Shown: one piece after another, positions 1 through 12,100 of the stretch | Position numbering within the stretch: the first letter of the stretch is position 1 | How the letters are laid out: each line of letters opens with the position of its first letter | Origin: Takakia lepidozioides | Taxonomy: Eukaryota; Plantae; Bryophyta | Assembly: GCA_030704615.1 (NCBI GenBank) | Contig: CM060734.1 | Location: forward strand, 38,502,001-38,566,000 | Length of the DNA: 64,000 bases | Direction: 5' to 3' | The notes under the pieces: generated by a model | What the model was told of the DNA's origin: nothing | The model's database searches: none | What the model saw: only the letters and a program-made list of their open reading frames with translations | Position numbers and translations under genes: made by a program

Positions 1-633
1 TTGTGGAAATCAGTAGTTCGTTGGCGAGCTTTTGATGTTTTACTTTATCCTAATAAAGAACGTAAGCATATATGTCGCACTGGGTATTTTTTTTCCCCAA
101 GAAAATATGATTAAAGAAAATATTTTGCTAATCCATTTGCTACAGCTCCAAATCATAGAATATTTGTCACTAATTTGAATACATGATGCGACCGCATACT
201 CGGTCTCCTTGAAGATTTTTACTTGATTGCATATGAGGTCTATCCCATTACTCTTTCCTGGTGATGGATATTTTCAAAGAGGAAGATATTTCTCGCATCA
301 ATGAATGAGTCTCTAGATGGAGGCTCGTATTTAATTTATATTGTGTTTTCAATCCTAGAAGCTTTCCTTTCAGGAGTGATTATGGAAGATTCCATGCAGT
401 TCAAAAGCTCCTCAAGTATCTTTTGTTTGAAAATTTGAATTTTTGTTCCATGTTTGGCCAATGGAGAATTGAACGGGACAAAGTGAAAATCAACAGTTTG
501 CCAATGAATTGCTCATTTTCACTGTTTTATGTGTCATTGCACTTTAGGTTCATTTTAGCTTGCACTTGAGGTCTAAATGTAAACTATCTCAGCTCACCAC
601 AAAGGGTTGGTGGTTGCTTTCAATACTTGTTAA

Positions 634-1446
634 CCCTTAAGTTCCCAAGCCCTTTTTTGACTTTTTACCAATTTTGGGTACCCAGCTGCAGTAAATTGCC
701 CCTAGGAACCTATCGAAAATCATCCAGAGATTCCAGCCTTATAGCAATGGGCCCAGCTCATTTATGCATGACATACCAAAAAATGAGCCAAGTCCACCGT
801 GGAAATTGTGAGATTATAGCGTTGGCCCGGACCTCAAATATCAGGTCCCAAAGAAAAAATGAGAAAGAAATTGGTTTGACCAAATCAAAACCTAGCTTTA
901 TCCAATTTTGCTTGCCCCAAGACCCACCATTTCCAAATCAATAGTGGAGTGGCTATGACCCCACTACATTGCAGGTCCAACTGATTTTTTCACCTATGCT
1001 TGCTATGCATGCAATTACATGGGGGTTGAAATCTCAAAATTGACAAGAGAAAATGTGCCTCCAAATGAAGTACTTTTTTCCTACAAATTTCTTAAAAGCC
1101 AATGGTGGATGTGTGTATGTAATGCTCACACACCACAAGGTGAAGTGTTTTTTCCAAAATTGCTAATTTTCTGCCAAAAATGGCCTTTGGAGTGCAATCT
1201 GTTTTGGGCTTGTTTACCTGCCACGTCAGCGGTCAACAGCCCTTTTCAGGCCCCAAAAAGTAAATGAGAGATCTAAGATATTTTTTGTAGGTCGTAGCTT
1301 TTGTTTTTTCTTAACTTTGTTTTCTACATCATACTCAGGACAAATCCCTTGTCATTAAAGCTTCTGGAGTGGGCCCCATCAGATTAGATCTGCAAAAATT
1401 AGCAAATTCAAAGTGACCCCATTCAGGTCGCTTGGAAACTTAAGGG
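634..1446. mobile_element. piggyBac-like non-autonomous DNA transposon (MITE)
   Basis: 17-bp TIRs CCCTTAAGTT(C/T)CCAAGC (634-650 / 1430-1446, 16/17 match), CCC...GGG termini, flanked by TTAA on both sides (630-633, 1447-1450); no transposase ORF. Confidence 0.75.
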
Positions 1447-2432
1447 TTAAAATAGCTTAGTGACAATCCTTTTGAGAGGCATTTGTCTATTAAAAAAAAT
1501 TATAATAATTATTTGTTGCATTAATCAGTGCGGTAACCATAGTTCCAAGGTCCAAAGACTATTTGGTCTTGCAAGATAAAAGATTTCTGATAAGTATCCC
1601 AAAAACAACTTCTGGATACTAAAGCGCAGGTGTGGCCCTACACTAAGAATTGATTCTACAGCCATATCAAATATTTATCATTATTGCACACTTAGGGCCT
1701 CTGCACAAGTCTTCCCAGCATATGATCACTTTACCACCTAGCTAGAGAGAAAATACTCTGGCCAAAGCCGGCGCAATCTAACTACATTATGTTGGGCTTT
1801 CCAGTCTTTTCAGCCCCACATATGTACTGTCCGAACTCCCCCCATTTTAAACATCCTCATCATTTTCTTATGCGTTTAAGTATCTTCAAACTGTAGGTAT
1901 ACCCTTTGACCCCACTACCTCCTTCCAAAGGCATACATAACGTGAAGAGGCTATGACATATGGAGGTGGCTCATGGTAAGTATGTTGGCTAGAGATGGTT
2001 CATTCAACAACCATCCTATGTACTATAATCATTATATGGGACTACCATGAAGTTTTTTTAGCATCTAAGTCGCTGGCCTGTCGCCTAACCACCTTGCCAA
2101 CATCGTGAGTCACTGTCGGACTGGTATACCTACAGGGTCTGGCCAGTTGTCAACCCAGGTATTAAAATTATGACACGGCTAGTATGTTACTTTTGTAATA
2201 ATAAGGTTAAGAACCAGACAGTACCAGGGTCAATACACAATACCCTATGTCGGCTGGTAATACCCATATTAGGGCCAAAAACAAGGGCCACGCACAATCA
2301 AGGCATGTAAGAGTGGGGCATATCTAGCCCGAACTGCCGGCCTGTCCTCCTCTCCCCCACAATGCACAGGCCCTATCTTGGCGGGCATGTCTCTTTGTGG
2401 ATCAAGGAATTTTTGGTCAGAATACAATAGAG

Positions 2433-2793
2433 ATCCGTAAAGGGTCCCAAACTCGGCATGAGAATCCCAAACTTGGCATGAGAAAAACTGGGCAAGAGAC
2501 TCAAAACTCAGGACGTGGGTATACCACCATTAGGTGATAAACGCGGGACCAAACTGCCAGGACATAGGGAAATGGTCGTGGCGGGAGTTTGGACCCGAGT
2601 TTTGTTCCTCGTCGAGGTGGAGGCGGTCAAAGCTCACGCGCAGCCGTTCCCCTAATCCCCAGTTTTTTGATTTGGTGCCCTCTTTCCTGACTTCGTGCCC
2701 AGTTTTTTGAACTTTGCGGATTTACTCAAACTCAGGATGAAATGAGAAATTCGGGTCCAAACTGGGTACGAAACTCAGGCTCACTTTACGGAT
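2433..2793. repeat. possible degenerate MITE with internal AAACTC repeats
   Basis: 10-bp inverted termini ATCCGTAAAG / CTTTACGGAT; many AAACT(C/G)GG motifs inside; no clear TSD. Confidence 0.35.
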
Positions 2794-3296
2794 AACATCG
2801 ACGAGAATGAGGATCTCATTGAAGGCATATTTGGCGGCGAGGCTGGAGCTAGTTTTCTCCTATTGGACATGTTTTACTCTTCACTGTTTCGAAAACAAAA
2901 GGCATTCAGAAGTTATGTTAAGAACTCGCTACCTAAATTTGGGGAGAAGAAATTCAATCTTTCTACTCCTTTCAAAATTATCAGTAGTCAAACCATCCAA
3001 ACACTATGCCTAATTTGCATATCAATATATGAATCGAGACGTTTGTTTTGTTTTGTTTTGTTTTGTAGCGTCGTTGAAATCGCGGGCCAGGACTAGTGCT
3101 TCGTGCTGTTGGAAAGCCCTCGGTGAGGAGGGTGCACCGGCTTGGTCTCATAATTTTTGGACCTAAGGCGTGGGAGATGTGGTTCTTTGGGTCGCTGGAA
3201 ATTTGAGAAAAATAGCAAAGTGGGCTTTCCTGGAGCAATGATTGGCCCTTCATGTGGGAGATTTGGAATTTCAAGTACTATTGGTCACTGGAAATT

Positions 3297-3987
3297 GGAA
3301 GATAATAGGAATAATGTAAGAACTTAATGCACACGTGCGACCTCTGACAGGACGGTACGCCGTTTTTCGGCATGTCAAATTTTCCCCACCCTCTCTTGAG
3401 AGTGACATGGAACTGAAGGAGTGTAAACTCGATTCGGGGTTACACTGGGTTACACGACGACGAGGTGTGTAACTCCACTAGGGGTTATATCGGGTTACAC
3501 GATGGGGGGTGTAACTCCAGTTGGGGTCACATTGGGTTACACTACAAGGTGTGTAACTCCACTCGGGGTTACACAGAATGTAGTGTAACTCCTCTCGATG
3601 TAACTCACACTTGGTCTCGAAAATTGACTAAGTCCAAATTTGGTGAAGTATAAAATGGACTAACGAGAGTTACATGAGAAACCGGGATTACAGACCGATT
3701 GGAGGGTTACACTACTGGGGTTACACCGACCACGTTTACACACAAGCGCCTCCCATCAAGAATCGAATGCTGAACTTTGTCGCCTGCAATGCTACCACCT
3801 TATCATCATGCTACCCACCACAACTTGAAACCCACTTGGATTCTGAAGTATTTAATAGTGAAACCGAGGTAAGAGGGGGTGGGGAGGATTTGACAGGGAC
3901 CCTGCCAGAGGAGCCCAGGCTGCCCGGCGAAAGTACTGTCGGATCACACATGTCCATTAAGTTCTTACATTATTCCTATTGTCTTCC
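3297..3987. mobile_element. non-autonomous Mutator-like element (MULE) nested in the Helitron
   Basis: 33-bp TIR GGAAGAYAATAGGAATAATGTAAGAACTTAATG extending imperfectly to about 100 bp; perfect 9-bp TSD CTGGAAATT (3288-3296, 3988-3996). Confidence 0.85.
3421..3741. mobile_element. hAT-like MITE made of palindromic GTGTAAC..GTTACAC repeats, nested in the MULE
   Basis: GTGTAAAC...GTTTACAC termini; about 43-bp tandem units containing GTGTAACTCCACTCGGGGTTACAC; array absent from the related MULE fragment at about 30840-31040. Confidence 0.5.
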
Positions 3988-4084
3988 CTGGAAATTCGGG
4001 AAAAATAGCAAAGTGGATATGTCAATATATGAAGCCTCAAGAGGAGAGATTACAAAAATAGCAAAGTGGGCTTTGGGATTGCAC

Positions 4085-4738
4085 CTGTGTTGGGTGGGTA
4101 TTACTTTTTCTAATACTAGCGGGGTCTAGGTATTGAAAAGAAATTTCAATACCCATAGTATTAAAAGATTCACTTAATTTTAATATCCGCCGGTTCTCAA
4201 TAGTAGTACGATTTGAGATTTGCGGACGGGTATCAATAGGATGGGTATTCCAATCTAATACCAGCCGAATATCAACCCGGATATAAAAAATTAAAGTTAA
4301 AATCAAAATAACCACTAAATCATTAATATGTCTTTAACTGAATATAGAAGCATACTTGATTTCACAAAGAAATTAATTATTATGTTGCAAAATTCAGACT
4401 TTGCATTACATAATAATGTTGCAGATTTTAGTGTGCAAAGTGGAGCAAGCTCAGTTGAAGAATAGTAGTGGGCCGCCCTGCTAACAAATGAAGAATAGTT
4501 AGGGGCCTTGGAGCTCGGCGTGGCCTCCTCACTCTTACCCCTGACATGGCCCAATTTCCTATCCACACCATGGTATAGCCCTTGTTTTTGCCCATAATGT
4601 GGGTATTAAAATGCAGGTATTGGAGGGGTATTGCCTTGGCAATACCAGCCGATCTGATTATCAACCACAGTATTGGGAATTGCCAATACCAGCCGGCTCG
4701 GTTCTTCAATACCCTGGTTGATACCCACCCAGACCCTC
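4085..4738. mobile_element. degenerate hAT-family MITE (GGGTAT/ATACCC subterminal repeats)
   Basis: termini CTGTGTTGGGTGGGTA / TACCCACCCAGACCCT resemble the hAT elements at 31118 and 43599; related fragment at about 2133-2290; TSD not recognisable. Confidence 0.5.
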
Positions 4739-6189
4739 TATACAAGTCCCACACTGGATTGCAGTTGGACTTGGGTGACATTGGACACCCGTGGTTGCAC
4801 TTGGGCCTCAACATGGGAGAAACACTTGGATACATAGGGGATTGCAATTGGGCTTAGATTTCAATTCTTCACACATGCCAGTGGCACATGCCACCCTAGA
4901 TCTCCCAAATTGTAGGGTCTCTAGATACATAGGGGATTGCACTTGGACTTAGATGACACTGGGCACTTGGGCCAACGGCACAGGCTACCCTAGTACATTT
5001 GTAACTCTAAAACCACGTAAACACAAGCAAAAGCCTGCAATAGAAATTGTGTAACACTGGCATCCATGACAGAGCAGCAGTGTTGGTATCTCACCAACAG
5101 CTACTCAGAGCCGCAGTACACTTGGGAGTGGATCTGGAGATCCAGCTGCTACCTGGAGGCATTTAGTCCAGGGATTCAAAACAAAACCAGTGTTAACCAT
5201 CCTGTAAGCAGGTCAAATTAGCCAACCAAAAATAACCTGTCTTTGAATTGGACAGGTGCTGCGAAGACTCAGAAATGGGGTCGCATGTGCTAGCTTATGG
5301 CAATAGATGTTGTAAGTACGAAAAGCAAGCGACTTGAATCTCAACATTTCGGTGAAGATATCCATGAGAAAAGAGAAGGATAGTTTCCAGTGGGCAGCCA
5401 CTGAAATGACTCCTACAATGGTAGGCATGCAGACCTGCAAACATACACATACCAGCTCTTAGTGCACAACCTTCTCTCACACACCCATCAACTTCTACCC
5501 TGTATTGTCTGATGCTTCTCATGCCCAATTTTCTGTGGGAACGCTAGTACAAAAATGAAGAGAGAACTTGCTCAGTAAAGACAGACAGGTACCCCACACT
5601 GAGACCATAACAGGAGATTTGCACACGAGTACAATTGCATACTTTATCGGTGACCTTAACTTGTTGCTAGGCACATGCTCCAAGGCAGTACCAAGGACCA
5701 GGGGTCCAAGCACCTTTCAACATATTGGCACTGACCAATAATTTCGTTGGCCATATGCAGGCAGGAATTTCTGAAGTAAACTAAGGCACTTATCTTTAAG
5801 CCTGCAATTTTGGAACCTGTGTGTCAGCATACAGAACTAGATATAAGATTCTCCCCAGATATGGTCAAGCAGACCATGAGTGTCATATTTAACTAGGTTG
5901 AAATATGATGCACACCAGAATCTGACCATTCTGATTAATTACACAAATACTAAGAGGGAGAGTGGTACTCAGTTGACCATCATCTATGGACTTTGGCAAT
6001 GACCGTTACTTGGGAGGACAAACACACATTGGGATGCTCCTACTCCCAGGACCTGTGAAGTTACCACAAACCAGTAAGAGAAAGGAAGAAACTTTATAAC
6101 AACTAGCGTGGGCCATGAGGGCCCATTGAACCAAACAAACCTTGTTCATAGTGTCGGTCCTTTGAGGGTAATGAATACCAGCTTCCGCC

Positions 6190-9100
6190 TCAACTTCCCG
6201 GCACCTGTGACTTTGAATATAGTTGAGCAAGTGTGACTGATTCAGAGGTTGCCTCTGAAACTGACACTGATTGAGGGGAGGGCTCAACTCCAGCAAATAC
6301 TGAGTCTAGTTCAGAAAGCACAGTTGATTGTGTTGTTGCTGCAGTGTTCTCACTTTCTTGGCCCATGGCAGCTGTAATGCTTGCAGTCATGGAGCCTCCT
6401 TTTTGAAACCAAGTGGTCTTGAGCCCCAAAGTGGCTGACAAGGGCCTTATCTCTGGTTGCATGGACTTTCTCTTTCGTACTCGAGGCAATTGGACATCCT
6501 CTGCAATGTGTTTCTCTCTTCCCTCTTGCTGCTGGGATTGAAGGGATGTTGTGTCTGCCAAGGGGGAAAAGTAGTTTAGGGAATGCATTTGGAAGGGAGA
6601 CAATATCCAATTGTGTTTGATTTACAGCAAATCTGACCTTGTCTCAAGTCTGGCCAGTCTCACTACACATGATTCTGTAATACATGATACTCCTCCCCCA
6701 AGTATTCAGATTTTGGAAGATCACAAAATAAATGTGGTGGAGCGCTTCTATGTATGTCAAAAATGCGGAGGCATGACATGTGTTTGATTCTGTTTCATTC
6801 AGTGGAACTTCTCAAAGCCGATGGAAAGCTAGTTGAACATCAGATCGCTGTAACCTGACCTGAGCTTTCTGTGATGACTTTCTTCAAACGAGCGGCCCGG
6901 CGTAATTTGTTTGGATGGAGCTCCTGTGATGCAAGTATGGTCCCCGTATCAACAAACACGTTACTCCTCTGGTGACCCTGATTTGCTTTTCTTTTTTGGC
7001 CTCTGGGAGATTTGGAATGCCCTCCACGGCTCCCCAATACTTCATTATTGTCTTGATTCAGTATCCTTTTTCGTCCTTTGTGTGATTGGGCAGCACCTAA
7101 GACATTGTCATATGACAAACCTTAGAAAATCATGCAGAGAGCCAAACCTGGTTCCAATTGGACACATCAAAACTTTCTGAAGGTCTTCTCTAACTGGAAA
7201 AATACTGACCTGTGATTTCCACAATGGTGGGTTTTCTCTTACGGGCAGCATGTCGCAGCCTGGTTGGAGGCAGCTCGAGAGCGGCGGCTCTGGCTGTTGG
7301 ACCTTCCCACTCATTATCCAGCACGTGATTGATTGATTGGGCATCCCCTCCAAAAATGAGTTCCTCCTGTGGCTGGCTGTCTGGTAAAGTCCTGCCCTCT
7401 TCTGCTTCACCACTACAGCCCTCTTCTTCGTTGAGTAACCACCCGGGCACCAGGACTCTTCTACGTCTTGTGGGCAAGGAACTCCTCTTTCGTCGAGTAT
7501 GTACCTCAGCGTTCCCTCCAACACCGACTTGGTTCACCTGTCTTTGACCATTTGCTAGATCCCCACCCTCTCCCACTTGACACACCAGCTCTTGTTCATT
7601 AAGTGATGGCCTGCACACTGTAGCAGTGGCCTGGGCCACTTTTTTACATCTCCTTGGGACCAGCTCTTTATTAAGTGATGGCCTGCACACAGTAGCAGTG
7701 ACCTGGGCCGCTTTTTTACATCTCCTAGGGACCAGCTTTCTCTTTCTTCCGCTGGACAATGGTGCAACCTCTCCCTGATCCACCTCTGTTCGCCCCTCAG
7801 GTAAATCCTTATTCTCCAAGAGAGGACTCTGCCACCCCTCCTCTTGTTCACGGAGTAACTGCACACCCTCTGTGTCATCGAGCCATGATCCATTCTTTGG
7901 GCTCGTGGATACTCGCTTGGACTTCAAGTTGTGGGCATCTTCAGTGGCACATGTCCCATTAGTCATCTCAGTTGTTACCCTGCATTCAAATTCAAGAATG
8001 TTAAATTCAATCTGAAACAGCAGTTTTAACCAATAATACTAGTCCTTATCTTCAGGACATAGCCTGGAAGCCAAGAAGAACTTATCAACCATACAAAATA
8101 GGAATTCACTGTTAGTACTAAACTCTCTACAAACTCTCTACATAAGCACTTAACTTTCTCTTATCCTCCATCTCTCATTCACACACATGAAGGCACAATA
8201 GTAGGTGGATTGGTATGAGACTGACTGTTGTCCAAAAACATTGGCTCCTTGAGAATCTTGGACTGCAGACTGATGTGCAGGGCCCTTCTTCCGACGTGCA
8301 AGCTGTTTCATTGACAGCCCCTGTGGAAGCTGAGCTGTCACAAAATCATGCAGCCCAAGCATGGGGCGCTCTTTCTCACGGCCCACAAAGTTCGATGCGA
8401 AGACAGCCCGTCGAATCTTGATTTCCTTTTGGAAACTCGCTGTATGCTTTGGGTGTAATAGTTTCCAGTGTCTGCAAGGACCAAGGAGAATATGACCTGA
8501 TTATATCTAGTAACAATGGCTGAAATTCTCCTGCACTACCCCAGAAATGGTCACTGTTGGTACCAAACAGTGATAACCAAACAGTGACACTGAGATCTAC
8601 CTTTAATCCAACATTAGACAAATAACATGCTGTGGTCTCACCGACACTTTCTGATAGAGTAAGTTTAGTGCCCCACCAACATCCAGTGATACTGCCAGAC
8701 TGACCTAATAGGAGATTGAGGAAAGGTTTACAGGGGAGGATATGGGACCTGAAGCATTGATTATCAGTACGATGGCCCATCTCACTAGCAACAGCTGCCC
8801 AGTGGTGCGCTCCATACTTGGTGACCAGTTCTGCAAGCTGCTTATTTTCCTTGGGTGTCCAATCGTCAATTTTGATGGAGGGATCGAGCACATTGCACCA
8901 CCTGTCAACCAAAAAGTATCTTCAATGTTTCCTATCTTCTGTCCTAGTAACAACATGAAGATATAGAACTTTCTCTGTCTATGGGAGGACCGCCTATGTC
9001 CAGCTTGCATAGGGCGAAGCAAGGAAATTGAAACCGAAGAACACTTCTTCTTCTACTGCCCTCTATACTACGAGATCCGTGGGAGATTCCACTGTTTATT

Positions 9101-12100
9101 CAGTGGAACCCAAACTCTCACTGATGTCTTTCACTATGAGGATCAAAAATGCTTGGCAGCCTACCTACACGAGGCCTTCACCCTTAGACAATCGCTAGAA
9201 CATTAATTGTGGTTTCTGGATTTGTTCCTCTCTCATGTTTTCTTCCATTTTGTCCCATAAGCTCTACGAGCTTTCCGCGGACATTATAAAGCACCATTTC
9301 ATTTCATTTCATTTCTGTCTCTGTAACTTGTATTCACATACCATACTGAAATATAGGTTTTGTACAAAGAAGCACATGGTACTGTGGAAACCTGAATAGC
9401 TCACCGTTCTCGGCACTGTATGTCAGTGCGACCAGGAACATGAGTTGCAACTTTCTTCCATCCCCGGGGTCCATACACAGACACAGCCCACTTGAGACGC
9501 ATGTCTTCCTCCAACTGCCACCTGCCGCGCCGGTGTCGATCAGGGTGTATCACCTTTCTCCACCTTCCATCCATACTCAATTTCAGTTTCATTTTGCACA
9601 GTCATTAGCTTTGGCCTCCAAAAGAGAGGGAACTGAAATGGAATTACACTTAACAACATCCACCAAAAGCTCAAGGACCTTATGGGACGAGAAAACAGGA
9701 AACAAGAAAGAGAGTGGGGCACTCTCCAAGCAGCCCAAACACAAAAACTATTCTCTAAGATGTGCTGACTCATGCATATAAGCTGCCATGTTGTTCGGAT
9801 CCTTGTAGTGGAACACCTCTGTATTGTAACTAATACTATTTCCCCTGGAAAATGAAAGAGATGTTCTTCAGTTTCAATTTCCCTGTCATCTCTAGAATAA
9901 GTGGAGCACAAGCAGTCAGTACGCTGCAGGTTGCCTAACCTCTATCCACAGACATGCGGAGAGGGAAGGGAGATTTTCAATGCCCCATGTGTGGGCGGTC
10001 TGAAGACAATATCCACTTTCTGATACAATGTCTCATCAGAGAGCGAACATCTTCAGGACCATCGAGAACATAGTCCCTACACCTCTGTTTCACCAACTTT
10101 CAATATCTCAAGGCTAAGCCTAAAGACCTGCCGGTTGAGATCTAACTGCTGGGCAGATCACACACAGCAGATTGATGCTTGTGAAAGAGAGAGACCTGTG
10201 CATGCATTGGGAGCCAATGCGACCCTCGAGGCTGGCAGCTACTGCTTGCCAGTCCTTTTCCCCACATTTTTCTACAGCTGCCCGGAGCTGGGCATCCTCT
10301 TCAGGTGTCCATGCACTGCGTACTATGGCCGCATTCAAGCTTCGCTGATATCGAGTAAAGCACTGAGCCGTAGTTCGGTGGGTGCCCAACTGTTCTGCAA
10401 CAAGCGCCCAGTCAACCAGTTCCTGTTCCTGAGCTATACTTAGCAATTTTTTGTCCTCTGCTTTCGTCCATGGCCCATTATTTACCAAGGGGTCTTCTTT
10501 GTTGATCCACCTGCAAAGATTCCAAGTGTTACAATTATGCGGTTGCATCCCTGACTGTAACCTTGTCTTGGAAAGAAAGCTATATTGCTCTCCTTCTCTT
10601 TCTGCTCCATACAAGGCCCAGCAAGCAGTCGTAATCAACTTCCCTCACTCTGATTCACCAACCAATCCTTCCAGACAGTAATGTGAGATGTTGAAGCAAG
10701 TGAAGGAGAATAAGCCTTCAGAGAACTTCTTGATGGATAGAACCATAAGGGCTGACACCCCAGCACCCCACTTCCAGAATTTTTTCAAGTGTTTCAGCAA
10801 GGCTGAAAGACAAGTTTCAAAAGGGAAGACACTTCAGGAACAAAAATCCCATCAAATGAGAAGTTACATGGTTGTGCAACTGCTTGTTATATAGGTCAAC
10901 CCTGCATCTTGCTATGACCAAATTCTCACATGAGAACATGAAATATGTATGATTGCATCTATCCCTGACGTCATATGCCAAGAGACTCATTCTATATGGC
11001 TGGTCAGTGTGGAAAAAACTCATATAGTGTCTTATGAATGGGACGTGACGTATGGGACTTACTGCAACTTGCATTCAGAAGCTGGTCGGCTTAATACATA
11101 GATACGCGACACCTCATTCCAATCAATGCACTGCAGAGCTTCCCGAATGTCTTCTGCAGATATCTCTTTTGCCCCAATAGTTTCCAATTGTTCATTGAAG
11201 TTCTCATCCTCAGAACTGCCAAATAAACCAAGGTTCAATTAGAGAGAATAGAACATAAGAGATAACATCCCATCATCACACACTTAATCACAATGATAGG
11301 ACTGAATGACTTATGCCCAGTGGCACACAGTGAAGGATGTAACCATATGTCACCATAGTATGCTGACTTATCATCTAGTGAATACAGGCCCTGTGCAAGA
11401 CCTACCTTTCAAATCCAATTTTTGATTTTACCCACCAATGTCCATCAAGGTGAGAGTAAGAGTTTTACCCACAGGCCTCCATGAGAGTGCGGAGGCGGCT
11501 CTCTTGGACTTGTTGCCGGACTCCTTTTACCAAAGACTCTCTCTCCTTTGCTGTCCACTTTCTCACATTAAAATCCATAGGGAATTGCATTTGCAGCTTT
11601 TTGAAAGTTTCAACATCTGCATTACTTGGAGGGCCCCGTACCTTGAGCTCTCCTAGTTGGATACCCTGAAACCAACATCACTACTTCCAGTTAGAAAATC
11701 CGGGATTCTGAAATGGGCCCTGGACAGCCAGAATATCTTCCACCAATCCCACATAATCATCAAACTAGTACTGAGACTTGCCTTTAAGAATCAGACTAAA
11801 AATATGTTTCATCAATTCCGAGCTGGATGTGGGGGTCTTAGCCCACTGGGGTTAATGAGACACAACCTGAAATTGTCATAGCCCTCCCACACCGCTGACA
11901 CAATTCCGGTGAAGGGAATTGATTATTGACATGTCCACTGGCACATCATACTGAAAAGCAGGTGATTCCACCATTGATGCTTTATCCTTTAGTTGCAAAA
12001 AGCAGGGATGAACATGGTTGTGGCAGCTATGCCAGTAACATTCTTAACAGAAATTGGTAGGCCTATTTATGTGTGACTGAGTGTATCTGTGTGTGAGAGA

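Larger units (their letters stand above)
3022..4993 (+). mobile_element. non-autonomous Helitron (composite, with nested elements)
   Basis: A|TC 5' end (TCAATATATGAA followed by a (TTTTG)n tract); 3' end GGGCCAACGGCACAGGCTACCCTAG|T; second 5'-end motif at 4022; same family at 45694-46150. Confidence 0.6.

Noticed and set aside
3421-3600. CRISPR-like array of palindromic repeats
   Set aside because: Eukaryotic context, intervening sequences are short and homologous to each other, and there are no cas genes; better explained as MITE subterminal repeats
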